Origin: Promethearchaeota archaeon
GTDB lineage: Archaea; Asgardarchaeota; Lokiarchaeia; Sigyniarchaeales; SOKP01
DNA: 64,000 nt
Assembly (NCBI GenBank): GCA_019058445.1
Contig: JAHPZA010000002.1
Location: forward strand, 32,001-96,000
Direction of reading: 5' to 3'
Shown here in pieces: positions 1-10,328 of the stretch. Each line of letters starts with the position of its first letter. The stretch's first letter is position 1. The position numbers and the translations under genes are program-made. The notes under the pieces are model-generated. The model saw only the letters and a list, made by a program, of their open reading frames with translations, made no database searches and was not told the DNA's origin.

Positions 1-1384
1 GTAATTCAGTTAATTTTTCGATCTCTTCAAGACCGGCATTTCTGATTAAAGTTTTGGGAACTTCTTCAAGCGCGAGTGCAAAAGCACTAACAGCTAATTG
101 CTCCTTACCAGAAATCTCGTTGGCATAGGCTCTTAATCTTTTCGCAAGTTCGATATATACTGCTCCACCTCCGGCAACAACCATTTGTGTATCAATAATT
201 TTCGCAATAACAGAAAGTACATCATTTAATGAAATTTCAGCAGTAGTCAAAACATTTTCAATGCCTCCTTTAAGTAATATGGATACACTTTTAGGATTTT
301 TACATCCTTCGAAAAAGGTATAATCAGTATCTCCTATCTTTTCGAATTTAACAGTATCCGCATATCCTAAGTCATTTTCAGATAATAGTTTAATATCATC
401 GATAAAATTCGCACCAGTGGCTTTTAAAACTGCTTTATAATCCTTCTCTCCTACATTTTTTATAGCAGCAATGCCCTCTTTTGCTAAATATGCCCCGAAT
501 TTATCAGAAATATCATTGTTATTTACAATCATAGTGGTGCCTAAATCTTTAAAGATTTTCATATAGTCCTGAAGAATTTGATCTTCTTGGTCCAAAAATT
601 TTTGAATATCTTCGGGATTATAAATCTGAATTTGAGCATCAAATTCGGTTTTGGTGATATCTAATTTTTTTCTAATGACAGCTATTTTTACATCTTTTAA
701 AGAATCTGGCATGCTCGGATTAACTTTTTCCTTATCAATATAGACACCGGATATGAGCTCAGAATCTTTAAGAGACTTTCCTTGAGCCTTTACGATTTTG
801 ATATCATCTATTTTATTGTAAACATTTTCATCTTCTATATGCTTAACTGCTCTCAGAGCCAAATCTGCGAAAAAATCTTTTAATGGAGCAATGTCTTGTG
901 AATTCATAGCAGTCAATGCTGCATTTTTGAGGACAGCATTATCATCTTTTGAAATTTTAGTTGCTATTTCTTTTACAATTTTAATCGCCTTGTCAGCTGC
1001 TAATTTGTAGCCATGAGTAATATGTTTTGGATGAATGTCCTGTTCGATTAAATCTAATGCATTTTGAAGGAGAGTTGCAGCAAAAATAACTGCAGATGTT
1101 GTGCCATCTCCTATTTCTTCGTCAATTGCTTTTGCTACGTTTACCATCATTATTGCTGACACATTTTCAATATCCAGTTTCTTTAAAATCTCTGCTCCAT
1201 CATTGGTTATGGTAATATCACCCATGGAATCCACCAGCATTTTTGCCATTCCTTTTGGTCCTAGAGTAGACTTAACTGTTTCTGCGATTGCCATCATAGC
1301 ATTAATATTTTGAATACGTGCTTCTTTTTCCCTAACTTCCTCGGAACCTTCCTTTAGAACTATTACGGGTACACCAAAAGACAT
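1..1384 (-). CDS. ths: Thermosome (group II chaperonin) subunit; 3' end runs off the window
   Basis: Not in the ORF track. Manual translation from ATG 1384 gives MSFGVPVIVLKEGSEE...STLGPKGMAKMLVDSMGDITITNDGAEIL...IGDGTT. Confidence 0.95.
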   Translation of the reverse strand, partial: MSFGVPVIVLKEGSEEVREKEARIQNINAMMAIAETVKSTLGPKGMAKMLVDSMGDITITNDGAEILKKLDIENVSAIMMVNVAKAIDEEIGDGTTSAVIFAATLLQNALDLIEQDIHPKHITHGYKLAADKAIKIVKEIATKISKDDNAVLKNAALTAMNSQDIAPLKDFFADLALRAVKHIEDENVYNKIDDIKIVKAQGKSLKDSELISGVYIDKEKVNPSMPDSLKDVKIAVIRKKLDITKTEFDAQIQIYNPEDIQKFLDQEDQILQDYMKIFKDLGTTMIVNNNDISDKFGAYLAKEGIAAIKNVGEKDYKAVLKATGANFIDDIKLLSENDLGYADTVKFEKIGDTDYTFFEGCKNPKSVSILLKGGIENVLTTAEISLNDVLSVIAKIIDTQMVVAGGGAVYIELAKRLRAYANEISGKEQLAVSAFALALEEVPKTLIRNAGLEEIEKLTEL

Positions 1385-1635
1385 CTTAATTCATCCTTTT
1401 GATATTTTAATTTAATTCAATTATATTATGTTAGATCTATCGAATACATAATCAAATAAAGATTTTATGATTTGGGGATCTTTAAATACTGTTTTTTTTT
1501 TAATAATGTTCAATTTGAAATACTGAAAAGTTTTAAATATTGAAAAATGTTAATTTAACTGTAAAATTTCAAAAAATTTTACAAAAAACCTTCAACAGAT
1601 CCTAATTATATAAAACTACTCATATTTGACTTTGG

Positions 1636-2112
1636 TTGTACATATTGAAAAAGGAACTCGATGAAATTGATCGAAATATTTTGAGTATTTTACAAGAAGA
1701 TGCCAGAAAATCGTATCGTGAAATTCAGAACGAACTGAATATTTCGATTGGAACAATTCATAATCGCATATCAAAATTAAAAGAGAGAGGCGTGATCTCA
1801 GGCTATACGCTTAAATTAAATAATGCAGAATTAGGCTATAAACTAACATTCCTCATCAGAATCCAGGTGGACGGAAAATTCACTCCAGAAATATTAGAAG
1901 ATATTTCAAAGATTCCTGAGGTTTGTTCTGTATTTCATACAACGGGAGAACAATCTGCGGCTTTAATATGCCGATTTAAAGAATCGGACGAGGTACATCA
2001 ATTTATAAGGGAACTGAATGAGAGAGAACACATCGTTAAAACTAACTCAAACATGGTATTAAAAGAATATAAAAATTCTGCGTATGTCGAAATACCTAAA
2101 ACCGAGACATAA
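1636..2112 (+). CDS. Lrp/AsnC family transcriptional regulator
   Basis: LDEIDRNILSILQEDARKSY HTH followed by a RAM-like C-terminal domain. Confidence 0.93.
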   Translation: MYILKKELDEIDRNILSILQEDARKSYREIQNELNISIGTIHNRISKLKERGVISGYTLKLNNAELGYKLTFLIRIQVDGKFTPEILEDISKIPEVCSVFHTTGEQSAALICRFKESDEVHQFIRELNEREHIVKTNSNMVLKEYKNSAYVEIPKTET

Positions 2113-2169
2113 ATGAATCCTTGCTAATTATAATCGGAAGTTTGAATTTCCTTTAATCACTTGATGTTA

Positions 2170-2568
2170 TTAATCCTCGGCATTAAAATCTAATGCGACA
2201 GAATTAATACAATATCGTAAATTTGTAGGTTTTGGGCCATCGTTAAAAACATGCCCTAAATGACCTTGGCATTTACTACAGAGAACTTCGGTCCTTACCA
2301 TCCCATAGCTTAGATCGCTTTTATTTTCAATACTATCTGATGTTATAGGTTCATAAAAGCTCGGCCAACCCGTCCCAGAATCAAATTTTGTTTCAGAATC
2401 GAATAGAGGAGTACCACATCCGGCACATTTATAAATTCCCTTTTTATGGTTATTCCAATATTTACCAGTAAAGGGGGATTCTGTCCCTTTTTGTCGCAAG
2501 ATATAATACTGTTCGTCAGTTAAAATTTTCTTCCATTTATCTTTTATACTTTCTTCAGTTGATTTCAT
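2170..2568 (-). CDS. msrB: Peptide-methionine (R)-S-oxide reductase
   Basis: [35 protein letters not shown] and two CxxC. Start taken at ATG 2568. Confidence 0.97.
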   Translation of the reverse strand: MKSTEESIKDKWKKILTDEQYYILRQKGTESPFTGKYWNNHKKGIYKCAGCGTPLFDSETKFDSGTGWPSFYEPITSDSIENKSDLSYGMVRTEVLCSKCQGHLGHVFNDGPKPTNLRYCINSVALDFNAED

Positions 2569-2668
2569 AGGATAAATATAGAAAGAAAGCTTTAACAATG
2601 AATTTATTTTAAAAAATCGATAAAAAAGTAATCTTAATTTAGTAAGTAAGAAGAAATGAAATGACTAT

Positions 2669-3082
2669 TTATTTTTTATAAACGTCATCAGGATTAAATA
2701 CGGGTTTTCCTCGAGTGATAAGTTTTCCCTCAACGAATTCTCTGTGAAAACATGAATAAAATCCCGTGTGACAAGCCGCTACTTTCTGTTTTACTTTTAA
2801 AAGAATTGTATCGCGATAACAATCAATAAAAATGTTTTGAATTTCTTGAATGTGTCCACTTTCCTCTCCTTTTTTCCACAATTTTTTACGTGATCGTGAA
2901 TAATAGCATGCAATGCCCGTTTCTAAAGATTGACGTACGGCTTCCTCATTTGCAAAGGCGAGCATTAAAACTTCATTAGTTTTATAATCCTGTGCGATCA
3001 TCGGGACTACTCCACCTTCAATTTTTGAAAAATCTAATAATTCAATGAATTTATCAATTTCATTCTGAGAAAATTTCTTCAT
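2669..3082 (-). CDS. hisI: Phosphoribosyl-AMP cyclohydrolase
   Basis: YYSRSRKKLWKKGEESGH, ACHTGFYSCF. The DCDxD motif reads DCYRD. Confidence 0.93.
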   Translation of the reverse strand: MKKFSQNEIDKFIELLDFSKIEGGVVPMIAQDYKTNEVLMLAFANEEAVRQSLETGIACYYSRSRKKLWKKGEESGHIQEIQNIFIDCYRDTILLKVKQKVAACHTGFYSCFHREFVEGKLITRGKPVFNPDDVYKK

Positions 3083-3162
3083 AATATTATCAAGTGAACG
3101 GTAACAAAAAAAATTCTTTATTTTATGATTTATTATAATAATTATCACTTTAGGAAAATATT

Positions 3163-4314
3163 TTGATTACTATGGCTAAAAAGCAAAAAGAGTTTTATAT
3201 GGATCCATGGAGCGCACAAAGTATTGACGAAGAAGATTATGAGCGGCTGATAAAAGAATTTGGTATTGAACGTGTTGGAGAAATAGAGCGGCAAAAATTA
3301 ATTGATAACCGGTTTATCCGACGAAAAATTATATTTGGACACCGTTCACTCGAAGATATTTTTAAAGCAGTAGAAAAGAAGCAACCGTGGGCGGTGATGA
3401 GTGGTATTAAACCTTCTGGTCCATTTCATTTAGGAACGTTAACCACTGCCTTAGAAATTGTTGAATTTCAAAAAATGGGGGGGAAAGCTTATTATTGTAT
3501 AGCAGATATCGAATCCTGGGAAGATAATGGAATCCCTTATGAGGATGCAGAAGAAGATGGAATAGATAATCTCGCCGATATTTTAGCTTTAGGCTTGGAT
3601 CCTTCTCCAGATAAAGCCTATATATGGAGACAGTCTCAAGAGCCAGTAGTAAAAGATGCATGTTTTAAAGTAGGACGTCTCTTAACTCAAAATATGGTAA
3701 ATGCAATATATGGTGAAAAACCTTTTGGACTTTATCTTGCAGCATTGGTACAAGTCGGAGATATATTGTTACCTCAAATATTAGACGCTCCTCAGCCAAC
3801 GGTTGTTCCTGTGGGTATTGATCAAGACCCTCACATAAGATTAACCCGAGATTTAACACGCAGATACTATAAAGAAATTAAGAAGGGTGAAAAAATAGTC
3901 CGGAATGCATTTTTCCTTCCAGGAGCAACATATCATAAATTATTAGCTGGTTTAGATGGTACCGATAAAATGTCCAAAAGAAATCCGAATAGTTATTTTA
4001 CGTTTAATGAACCAATAGAATCCATAACCAAAAAATTGAAAGGTGCCCTTACAGGTGGAAGAAGGAATAAAAAGGAGCAGCAAGAATTAGGGGGAGAACC
4101 CCAAAAATGCATGATTTACAAAATTTTAACCTATCATTTTGAAGAAGATGATGAGAAATTAGCTGATGATTTTGAGAAATGTGTGAAAGGAGAACTCATG
4201 TGCGGTGAACATAAGAAAGAATGTATTGAAAAAGTTATTAAATTCATAGAAAATCATCGAGAGAAAAAGGAAAAGTGTATAGATAAGGCAAGAGAACTTT
4301 TAAAGGTAGATTAA
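3163..4314 (+). CDS. trpS: Tryptophanyl-tRNA synthetase (archaeal type)
   Basis: GIKPSGPFHLG, VPVGIDQDPHIRLTRD, KMSK, ALTGG, CGEHK. Confidence 0.95.
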   Translation: MITMAKKQKEFYMDPWSAQSIDEEDYERLIKEFGIERVGEIERQKLIDNRFIRRKIIFGHRSLEDIFKAVEKKQPWAVMSGIKPSGPFHLGTLTTALEIVEFQKMGGKAYYCIADIESWEDNGIPYEDAEEDGIDNLADILALGLDPSPDKAYIWRQSQEPVVKDACFKVGRLLTQNMVNAIYGEKPFGLYLAALVQVGDILLPQILDAPQPTVVPVGIDQDPHIRLTRDLTRRYYKEIKKGEKIVRNAFFLPGATYHKLLAGLDGTDKMSKRNPNSYFTFNEPIESITKKLKGALTGGRRNKKEQQELGGEPQKCMIYKILTYHFEEDDEKLADDFEKCVKGELMCGEHKKECIEKVIKFIENHREKKEKCIDKARELLKVD

Positions 4315-4381
4315 GCTAATTTTGATTTTTTAAATACTTTTTAAAAGATTTATTTTAGGAATTTTTATTCTTAATGATAAT

Positions 4382-5323
4382 TCAGGGCAGTATTGCATCT
4401 AAAATCTTGGATATATCTTCTACTAAATCGGAAAATTTATCTAATAACTTTTCTTTAAATTTTTCTTCAAGTACTATAGATATATAGTAAGGATTGTTTC
4501 TAATCTTAATTTTATGTAAGTATGACAGCAATTTATTCTCAAGATCAAAGAAGTTATAATCTGAGTTATAATCCTCTTCTTGCATTCTCTTTAGTAGAAA
4601 GAGATGTTCTTTAATCGATTCTAGTAATTCAATATATATTTCGGGATCGATTAATTCCCGATAAAATTCACTTATAATTATTCCATTCTGGTCGAATAGG
4701 ATTAGCGAAGTTGCGTCTAATCTGTTTACTAAATAATCTTCCACTAATAATGATAGTTCAAAAAATTTCTCATCAAAAATAGAGAGCCCATAGGAAATCA
4801 AATGAATTATTGAGATGATATCGTAGATGGAGGTTTGTTGAAATAAGATTTTAAAGGTTGAGTAATTTTCTGTAATAAATTCACGTAATTCGTTAATTGA
4901 ATCGTGAATCTCATCAATGGTTCTTAGTTCGGGATCGTACTTATGAAATGAGACAATGATTGGTATATCCATCTCATTACTCATAAAGTATTGTAAAATA
5001 ACGTCTAAATACGAAAGAGATGTCTCAAATCGTTCTTTATCTTGAATATCAATTACATACACCAGTAAGTCAGTACCATCAAAATATGCATCTTGGTTTT
5101 TTCGATAATGTTTTCTGTAGATTTTTTGACCGCCCATATCCCAAAAAAAACAGAGATTGCCCAAGAATTCTGTTTGGTGATATTGCACTCTTATAGTAGG
5201 TTTTAATTCCATTATCTCTTGTTGGAAGTTATATTTCTTGTCAAGAGCGGTAAGTATACTCGTTTTTCCCGCGTTATCAAGCCCGCTGACAATTATTTTA
5301 ATCGCATTTTTCATCGAGACCAC
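4382..5323 (-). CDS. Small GTPase, Rag/Arf-like, with a C-terminal roadblock/longin-like domain
   Basis: GLDNAGKTS, PTI, WDMGGQ, HKYD (Rag-type HKxD G4), TSIYD. C-terminal extension contains SLILFDQNGIIIS. Confidence 0.85.
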   Translation of the reverse strand: MVSMKNAIKIIVSGLDNAGKTSILTALDKKYNFQQEIMELKPTIRVQYHQTEFLGNLCFFWDMGGQKIYRKHYRKNQDAYFDGTDLLVYVIDIQDKERFETSLSYLDVILQYFMSNEMDIPIIVSFHKYDPELRTIDEIHDSINELREFITENYSTFKILFQQTSIYDIISIIHLISYGLSIFDEKFFELSLLVEDYLVNRLDATSLILFDQNGIIISEFYRELIDPEIYIELLESIKEHLFLLKRMQEEDYNSDYNFFDLENKLLSYLHKIKIRNNPYYISIVLEEKFKEKLLDKFSDLVEDISKILDAILP

Positions 5324-5572
5324 TTTCTCTTACAAATATTCATGAAATTTTTTAAACCTAATTATATAATTTGAATTCCTTAATAAAATATTATTGAATT
5401 TTTTAGTAATAAATCTAGTATTTAACCTTTGGAGAAATATTTGTTTATCTTTTCGTTCATTTATGTTCTTTTAGTAATATTATCATGATATTTCTGTCTT
5501 ATATCAATCATATACTCTTTTTTTAATACCGCTCACTTTTCATTCTTTAATCAATAGTATGAAACATATAAG

Positions 5573-5842
5573 TTGAGGCAAATGATTGAGATAGATTTAG
5601 ATTTGAAATTGGATAATAAATTTATGAAGAATTTGAATTATCAGATAGGTAAAAATGGTGTATTTTATAAGAAGCTTCCTATGTACTATGAACAATTATG
5701 TGACTTTAAAGCTCAATTCGGGGTAGAGGAAACAATCAAAATACTAAAGAAAAATTTTGAAGCAAAAAGACTAAGAGATGCATATGCAACAGTTATAGCC
5801 GAGTTTAAAGAATTATTAAATCAATATAATGAAAACAAGTAG
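5573..5842 (+). CDS. Hypothetical protein
   Basis: 89-aa ORF filling an intergenic gap; no motif recognised. Confidence 0.55.
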   Translation: MRQMIEIDLDLKLDNKFMKNLNYQIGKNGVFYKKLPMYYEQLCDFKAQFGVEETIKILKKNFEAKRLRDAYATVIAEFKELLNQYNENK

Positions 5843-6071
5843 TTTTTCCTGAGAGTTTTTTATTCCATACTGATTTCCATTTATTTCTTCAAAGATCATA
5901 AAAATCTTAATCCCATTTTAATTTAGGATTTCATTTTTATCGAAAATAGAAATCTTCTTTTTAAAGAAAGAGAATTTCGATCTGATATCACAAAATTATG
6001 TAAAAAACTCTAATTTTTATACAAAATCTTTTATCAAATTATCATAGATTTATAGAAGGTATGATAAGGAA

Positions 6072-6431
6072 ATGCATGATCGATTGAAATGGCTAGATCA
6101 CAACGGAAAAAAAATACTCTATAATGACTACCGAAACCTTGCTGGAGATGAAATGTTAAAACCCATAGAAGACATGAGTGGGGAAATTGCTTCTTTAGGG
6201 AAAAAAGATTTATTAATTTTATTAGATTTTAGAAATTCATTTGCCAATAAAGCCAATATTGAAGCACTAAGAAAATCTGGAGAAAGAAACAAAGCTTTTT
6301 ACAAAAAAACAGCAGTTCTCGGAATTACGGGTATAAAAAAGATTTTCCTTGAAATGATCAATAGACTTACTAATATAGGAGCAAAACCTTTCAATAGCGA
6401 AGAAGATGCAAAAAATTGGTTAGTAGCTTAA
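6072..6431 (+). CDS. STAS/SEC14 (SpoIIAA-like) domain protein
   Basis: LILLDFRN...KKTAVLG...KPFNSEEDAKNWL. Confidence 0.75.
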   Translation: MHDRLKWLDHNGKKILYNDYRNLAGDEMLKPIEDMSGEIASLGKKDLLILLDFRNSFANKANIEALRKSGERNKAFYKKTAVLGITGIKKIFLEMINRLTNIGAKPFNSEEDAKNWLVA

Positions 6432-6507
6432 ATAAATCATAAGTTTTCTTATATTTTTTTTTAATATTGTAGTGCACATTATTTTAGATTTGTACATTCT
6501 TGAGAAG

Positions 6508-6930
6508 TTACTCACCAATCATCATACAATAAATTTCCCTGTTTCTCCCTTTTTCGTCGCATTCAATAAAAATAATCTGCTGCCACGTCCCTAAGAGTAA
6601 TCTTTGATTTTGAAAGGGAAATGTCATAGAAGTTTTGAGAAGAAAGCTTCGTAAATGTCCAGCTCCATTATGGTCTCCCCAGGTTCGATGATGTTTATAA
6701 TTTTTGTCGTAAGGGATAATTTTTTCAAGGAATTCTTCTATGTCATTTTTTACTAAGCCGGGCTCATACTCAGTCGTGGAGATTGCTCCCGTTGAGCCTC
6801 CAACATGAACATTAACTATTCCATCTCTGATATTACTAGAATTTATAGCATTTCGGACTTGTGGAGTTATATCAATTATATCACAATATGCATTTGTTCG
6901 CAATTTAAACGATTTTAAATCGACTGTCAT
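6508..6930 (-). CDS. yjbQ: YjbQ/UPF0047 family protein
   Basis: EYEPGL, NGAGHLRS, LGTWQQIIFIECD. Confidence 0.92.
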   Translation of the reverse strand: MTVDLKSFKLRTNAYCDIIDITPQVRNAINSSNIRDGIVNVHVGGSTGAISTTEYEPGLVKNDIEEFLEKIIPYDKNYKHHRTWGDHNGAGHLRSFLLKTSMTFPFQNQRLLLGTWQQIIFIECDEKGRNREIYCMMIGE

Positions 6931-7110
6931 AAGATGTTAATTGTATTACCATTTATTAATACATGGAAATGGATTCAGACAATCATTAAATTTAATTTTA
7001 GAAAAAGTAAATATAAGAAATTGGATTCAATCAAATTAATAAAAGTTTTTTTAGCAATTTTGCTTTATTCTTTTTATAATTAGAAATTATTATTAAAAAA
7101 TAGTAAAACT

Positions 7111-7539
7111 ATGAACAATAGATTAAAAGAATTTTTCAAGAAAATACACGATTCAAAGAATACTTTACCTCTCTACGCTACCATTATGATTCGTCCAGGT
7201 AAAAATATTATGGATTTTAAGATAAAAAAAGAAGAATCTAATATTTTAAAAATCATCGCACACGAATCTGATAGGAGAGGTTGGTTTTTACATTCTTATC
7301 ATATACCTCTTATAAATTTGGGTTTACCTAAAGACTCTAATCCGAATAATAAAGAGATTTTAGAGATTCTTAATAATCCCCGAGAAATTACTGCAGATAA
7401 AGCGACAAAGAACTTAATGGAAGAGATCTTGAGAAAATATACCGAGGTTCTTTCTGAAAGAAAAAAGCATTATTTCAGGACTAAGAGATTTAAGAAAAAG
7501 AAGGAATATAAAACAGGGACACAGTTGAAAGGATTTTAA
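7111..7539 (+). CDS. Hypothetical basic protein
   Basis: 142-aa ORF with a Lys-rich tail. Confidence 0.65.
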   Translation: MNNRLKEFFKKIHDSKNTLPLYATIMIRPGKNIMDFKIKKEESNILKIIAHESDRRGWFLHSYHIPLINLGLPKDSNPNNKEILEILNNPREITADKATKNLMEEILRKYTEVLSERKKHYFRTKRFKKKKEYKTGTQLKGF

Positions 7540-7685
7540 TTTAGAAAGACCCTATCCAATAAGCACTCTTCTCAAGGGCAAAGCTCTTGACTTATCTGTA
7601 TTTCATTTTACATTAAAATTATATATATATGAATTCTATTATTCTTGCAATCTTTTTTAAATATTTTAAATAGGATGAGAAATAT

Positions 7686-9212
7686 ATGGAAGCTTTCATA
7701 AAAAAACAATTTGTAATATTATTGAAATTAGAAAAGCACCAAAAAAAAATAACGAAATACATGATAAAGATTGGAAAATGGTTGCTGTTTATACTACCGA
7801 TTATTTTAATAGTTATTACATTATTAACTCTTTTTCTGTATCCAAAATTACCAGAAGCAATTAAGTTTTCAGAGCAAACTGCTGAATATCAAATGTTATA
7901 TATCATATACCTAATTACGCTCGGACTTTATTTTTTTAATTCACTCATGTTAATTTTATGTGCATCGTGGACAGACAAATCTCTTGAGGCGCGGTTACAA
8001 TTTGAGAGAAAAAGAGGGAGACCCATAGAGAGTCTTAAAGGCTTCAAATTTCTTGCTCACAACATAAAGAGAGTAACTAGTTTATTTAGATTTATTTCAT
8101 TCATATGCATGGTCTCGGTAATCTTATTTATCGTAATGTTGGTAATAGGGGATCTTACCCTTGGATTTGCCGCTGCTGGTTTTTCTCTTGTGGGATTAGG
8201 ATTAGCACTTTTGATCCGAAGTCTGAATTTAAACATAAATGACGTGAACGGTTTGCAAGATTTTTACAAGCCGAATACTCATTCAATTTTCCTCGATAAT
8301 TTTCTCTCAGAAATACTTTCCAATCATCTGGATCCCGTGACATTTCTCAAATGGGACGAATTTAAAGAGGGTATAAATGAGCTTTTAAAACCAAAATTTG
8401 TGGAAATGGTGAAGAAAAAAGAAAAAAAAGAAAAACCGGTAACCTTTGCATTAGAAAAGCTTTTATTTTTATATTATCTAAGATTTCAAGATGTACTTAG
8501 TGAGAAACATTTTCTTAAGGAATTAAACGAGATTATTGACTTGGATTCTGAGAAATTTGGAGTAGATGAGGGACTTCAAATAAACAGAAACCGATATTTT
8601 GATCGAAAAGATATTTACAAGGTATTTGATTACATTAAAAAATACAATCCCGGTTCATTTAATATCCTTGATAGGCTCCAATTGGAGCTTTCGGATAACA
8701 TTGAACGCTTAAGAGAAGATAAAATATATATGGATTATGCTACACAAGAAGTGGTTTTTTTAGGGGATGAACTTAACATAATGGTTTTTCTTTTCAACAA
8801 TGCTCCCAAAGTTAAGGAATATCGGTTAAAGATCATTGCTCCAGGTTTCGATCCAAAGGAATTGTCATTTGATATTAAAGTAGAGGGAAGGGGAAGTTTT
8901 ACCATACCTGAGGATTCAATCCCATTAACTGCAAGCGATGGAAATCCTGATATTGTTGGTGTGCTATCTGGAATGATAGAAAACGGCGATACTATGTGGC
9001 TTGCACTCGAACCGAGGATTGTTGGGGAACAAACCATACAAATTTTTCTTGAAACATCAGGCGGCGAAATTATCGAAGGACAGACCTGTTCAATAAAAGT
9101 CTCGAAAGATATTAGAGCTAAGATCAAGAAACTATCTTCCATTGGCTCACTTTTAGGAGGTTTAGCAGTACCCCTTTCAAGGGTTATAAGTACGGGCGGA
9201 TTGCCCTTTTAA
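7686..9212 (+). CDS. Membrane protein: about 4 N-terminal TM helices, a soluble domain and a beta-rich C-terminal domain
   Basis: Hydrophobic segments seen in the translation; no family recognised. Confidence 0.75.
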   Translation: MEAFIKKQFVILLKLEKHQKKITKYMIKIGKWLLFILPIILIVITLLTLFLYPKLPEAIKFSEQTAEYQMLYIIYLITLGLYFFNSLMLILCASWTDKSLEARLQFERKRGRPIESLKGFKFLAHNIKRVTSLFRFISFICMVSVILFIVMLVIGDLTLGFAAAGFSLVGLGLALLIRSLNLNINDVNGLQDFYKPNTHSIFLDNFLSEILSNHLDPVTFLKWDEFKEGINELLKPKFVEMVKKKEKKEKPVTFALEKLLFLYYLRFQDVLSEKHFLKELNEIIDLDSEKFGVDEGLQINRNRYFDRKDIYKVFDYIKKYNPGSFNILDRLQLELSDNIERLREDKIYMDYATQEVVFLGDELNIMVFLFNNAPKVKEYRLKIIAPGFDPKELSFDIKVEGRGSFTIPEDSIPLTASDGNPDIVGVLSGMIENGDTMWLALEPRIVGEQTIQIFLETSGGEIIEGQTCSIKVSKDIRAKIKKLSSIGSLLGGLAVPLSRVISTGGLPF

Positions 9213-9272
9213 ATGAAATTGAGAATATTAATTTCTTTTTTTTTAATCTCTATTTTATTATCTATTAGATTT

Positions 9273-10139
9273 TCAGCCTCTTAAAGGCATTCCTTCAAGA
9301 TCTATTATTTCATTCTTTTGAGGTTTTTTTCCTCTATAAGGATTTTTCCTATCCTCAACCTTTCTTCCAAAGGTTAAATAACCCGAATGGCCAATCATTC
9401 TTACTTCAGGACGAGTTGCATTCTCTTTTACTTGAATTTTTCTTTTAATTAATTCGTAGGTATTAACCTCATAAAAATTATTATTCATTAAAGCTAAGGT
9501 TGTTTTTTTAACTTGTTCTATTGTAGGAGAGAAGGATGCTAATGTACCACTCAATTTCAAATAATCCTTCACTTTTTCTATGGCTTCCCAAGGCGTAGCC
9601 ATATCTAAAACTATAGAATCCACATTTTTATGTCCAAAATCGTCCTTCAGAATATCTCCATATTTGATTGTTATCCATTCTTCTAAATTTGCCCTTAGAA
9701 CGTTCTTTTTTGCCCTTTTCAGAGATTTTTCCCTAATATCATAGGAGTAGATATGACCGTTGGGCTTCACGTAATTTCCTAATATACATGTTAAAGCCCC
9801 GGATCCACAACCCGCTTCTATGACCAAACTCCCAGGTCCGATTCCAGTATAAAGTAAAATCAATCCAGCATCCTCTGGGTAAATAATCTGGGTTTTTCTA
9901 CTCATATGAAGAATATAATCAGAAGGCAAGGGTTTAAATATATAAAATTTATATCCTTGGCTCTCTAGAGGTTTTGAAAAAACACACGAGCCAAATGGTT
10001 TACCAATAATATCATCAAATTCAATGATTCCTTTATGTGTATGAAATTGCCCTCCAGCAGTTACTTGAACCATCCACCTTCTCCGATTATCAAGTATTAA
10101 AAAGACTAAGTCGTTCTCTCGTATTAGTTCAGTTCCCAT
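9273..10139 (-). CDS. trmI: tRNA (adenine57/58-N1)-methyltransferase
   Basis: FHTHKG, RKTQIIYPED, EAGCGSGALT, LDMATPW, FSPTIEQV, GHSGYL. Confidence 0.95.
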   Translation of the reverse strand: MGTELIRENDLVFLILDNRRRWMVQVTAGGQFHTHKGIIEFDDIIGKPFGSCVFSKPLESQGYKFYIFKPLPSDYILHMSRKTQIIYPEDAGLILLYTGIGPGSLVIEAGCGSGALTCILGNYVKPNGHIYSYDIREKSLKRAKKNVLRANLEEWITIKYGDILKDDFGHKNVDSIVLDMATPWEAIEKVKDYLKLSGTLASFSPTIEQVKKTTLALMNNNFYEVNTYELIKRKIQVKENATRPEVRMIGHSGYLTFGRKVEDRKNPYRGKKPQKNEIIDLEGMPLRG

Positions 10140-10328
10140 AATTTACTCCTTTTTTGATTTCAATATTAATATCTTATATGAGTGCCCTTCTTAAATTTTT
10201 TCTGATGGAATAATAAAATTACCATAAAACCGATTTTTATAAATTTCAAACAAAACATATAAAAAAAATCTTAAATTACACATATCTATAAAATTCTTTT
10301 CTATAAATATTCTTGAATGAATTAATTC

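Noticed and set aside
2170-2568. Selenocysteine MsrB, or Sec recoding in this window
   Set aside because: The catalytic residue is Cys (RYCINS); I noticed no in-frame TGA within conserved domains.
7572-7590. Hairpin TCAAGGGC-AAA-GCTCTTGA as a riboswitch
   Set aside because: A single short stem with no further aptamer elements; at most a 3' UTR or terminator structure.
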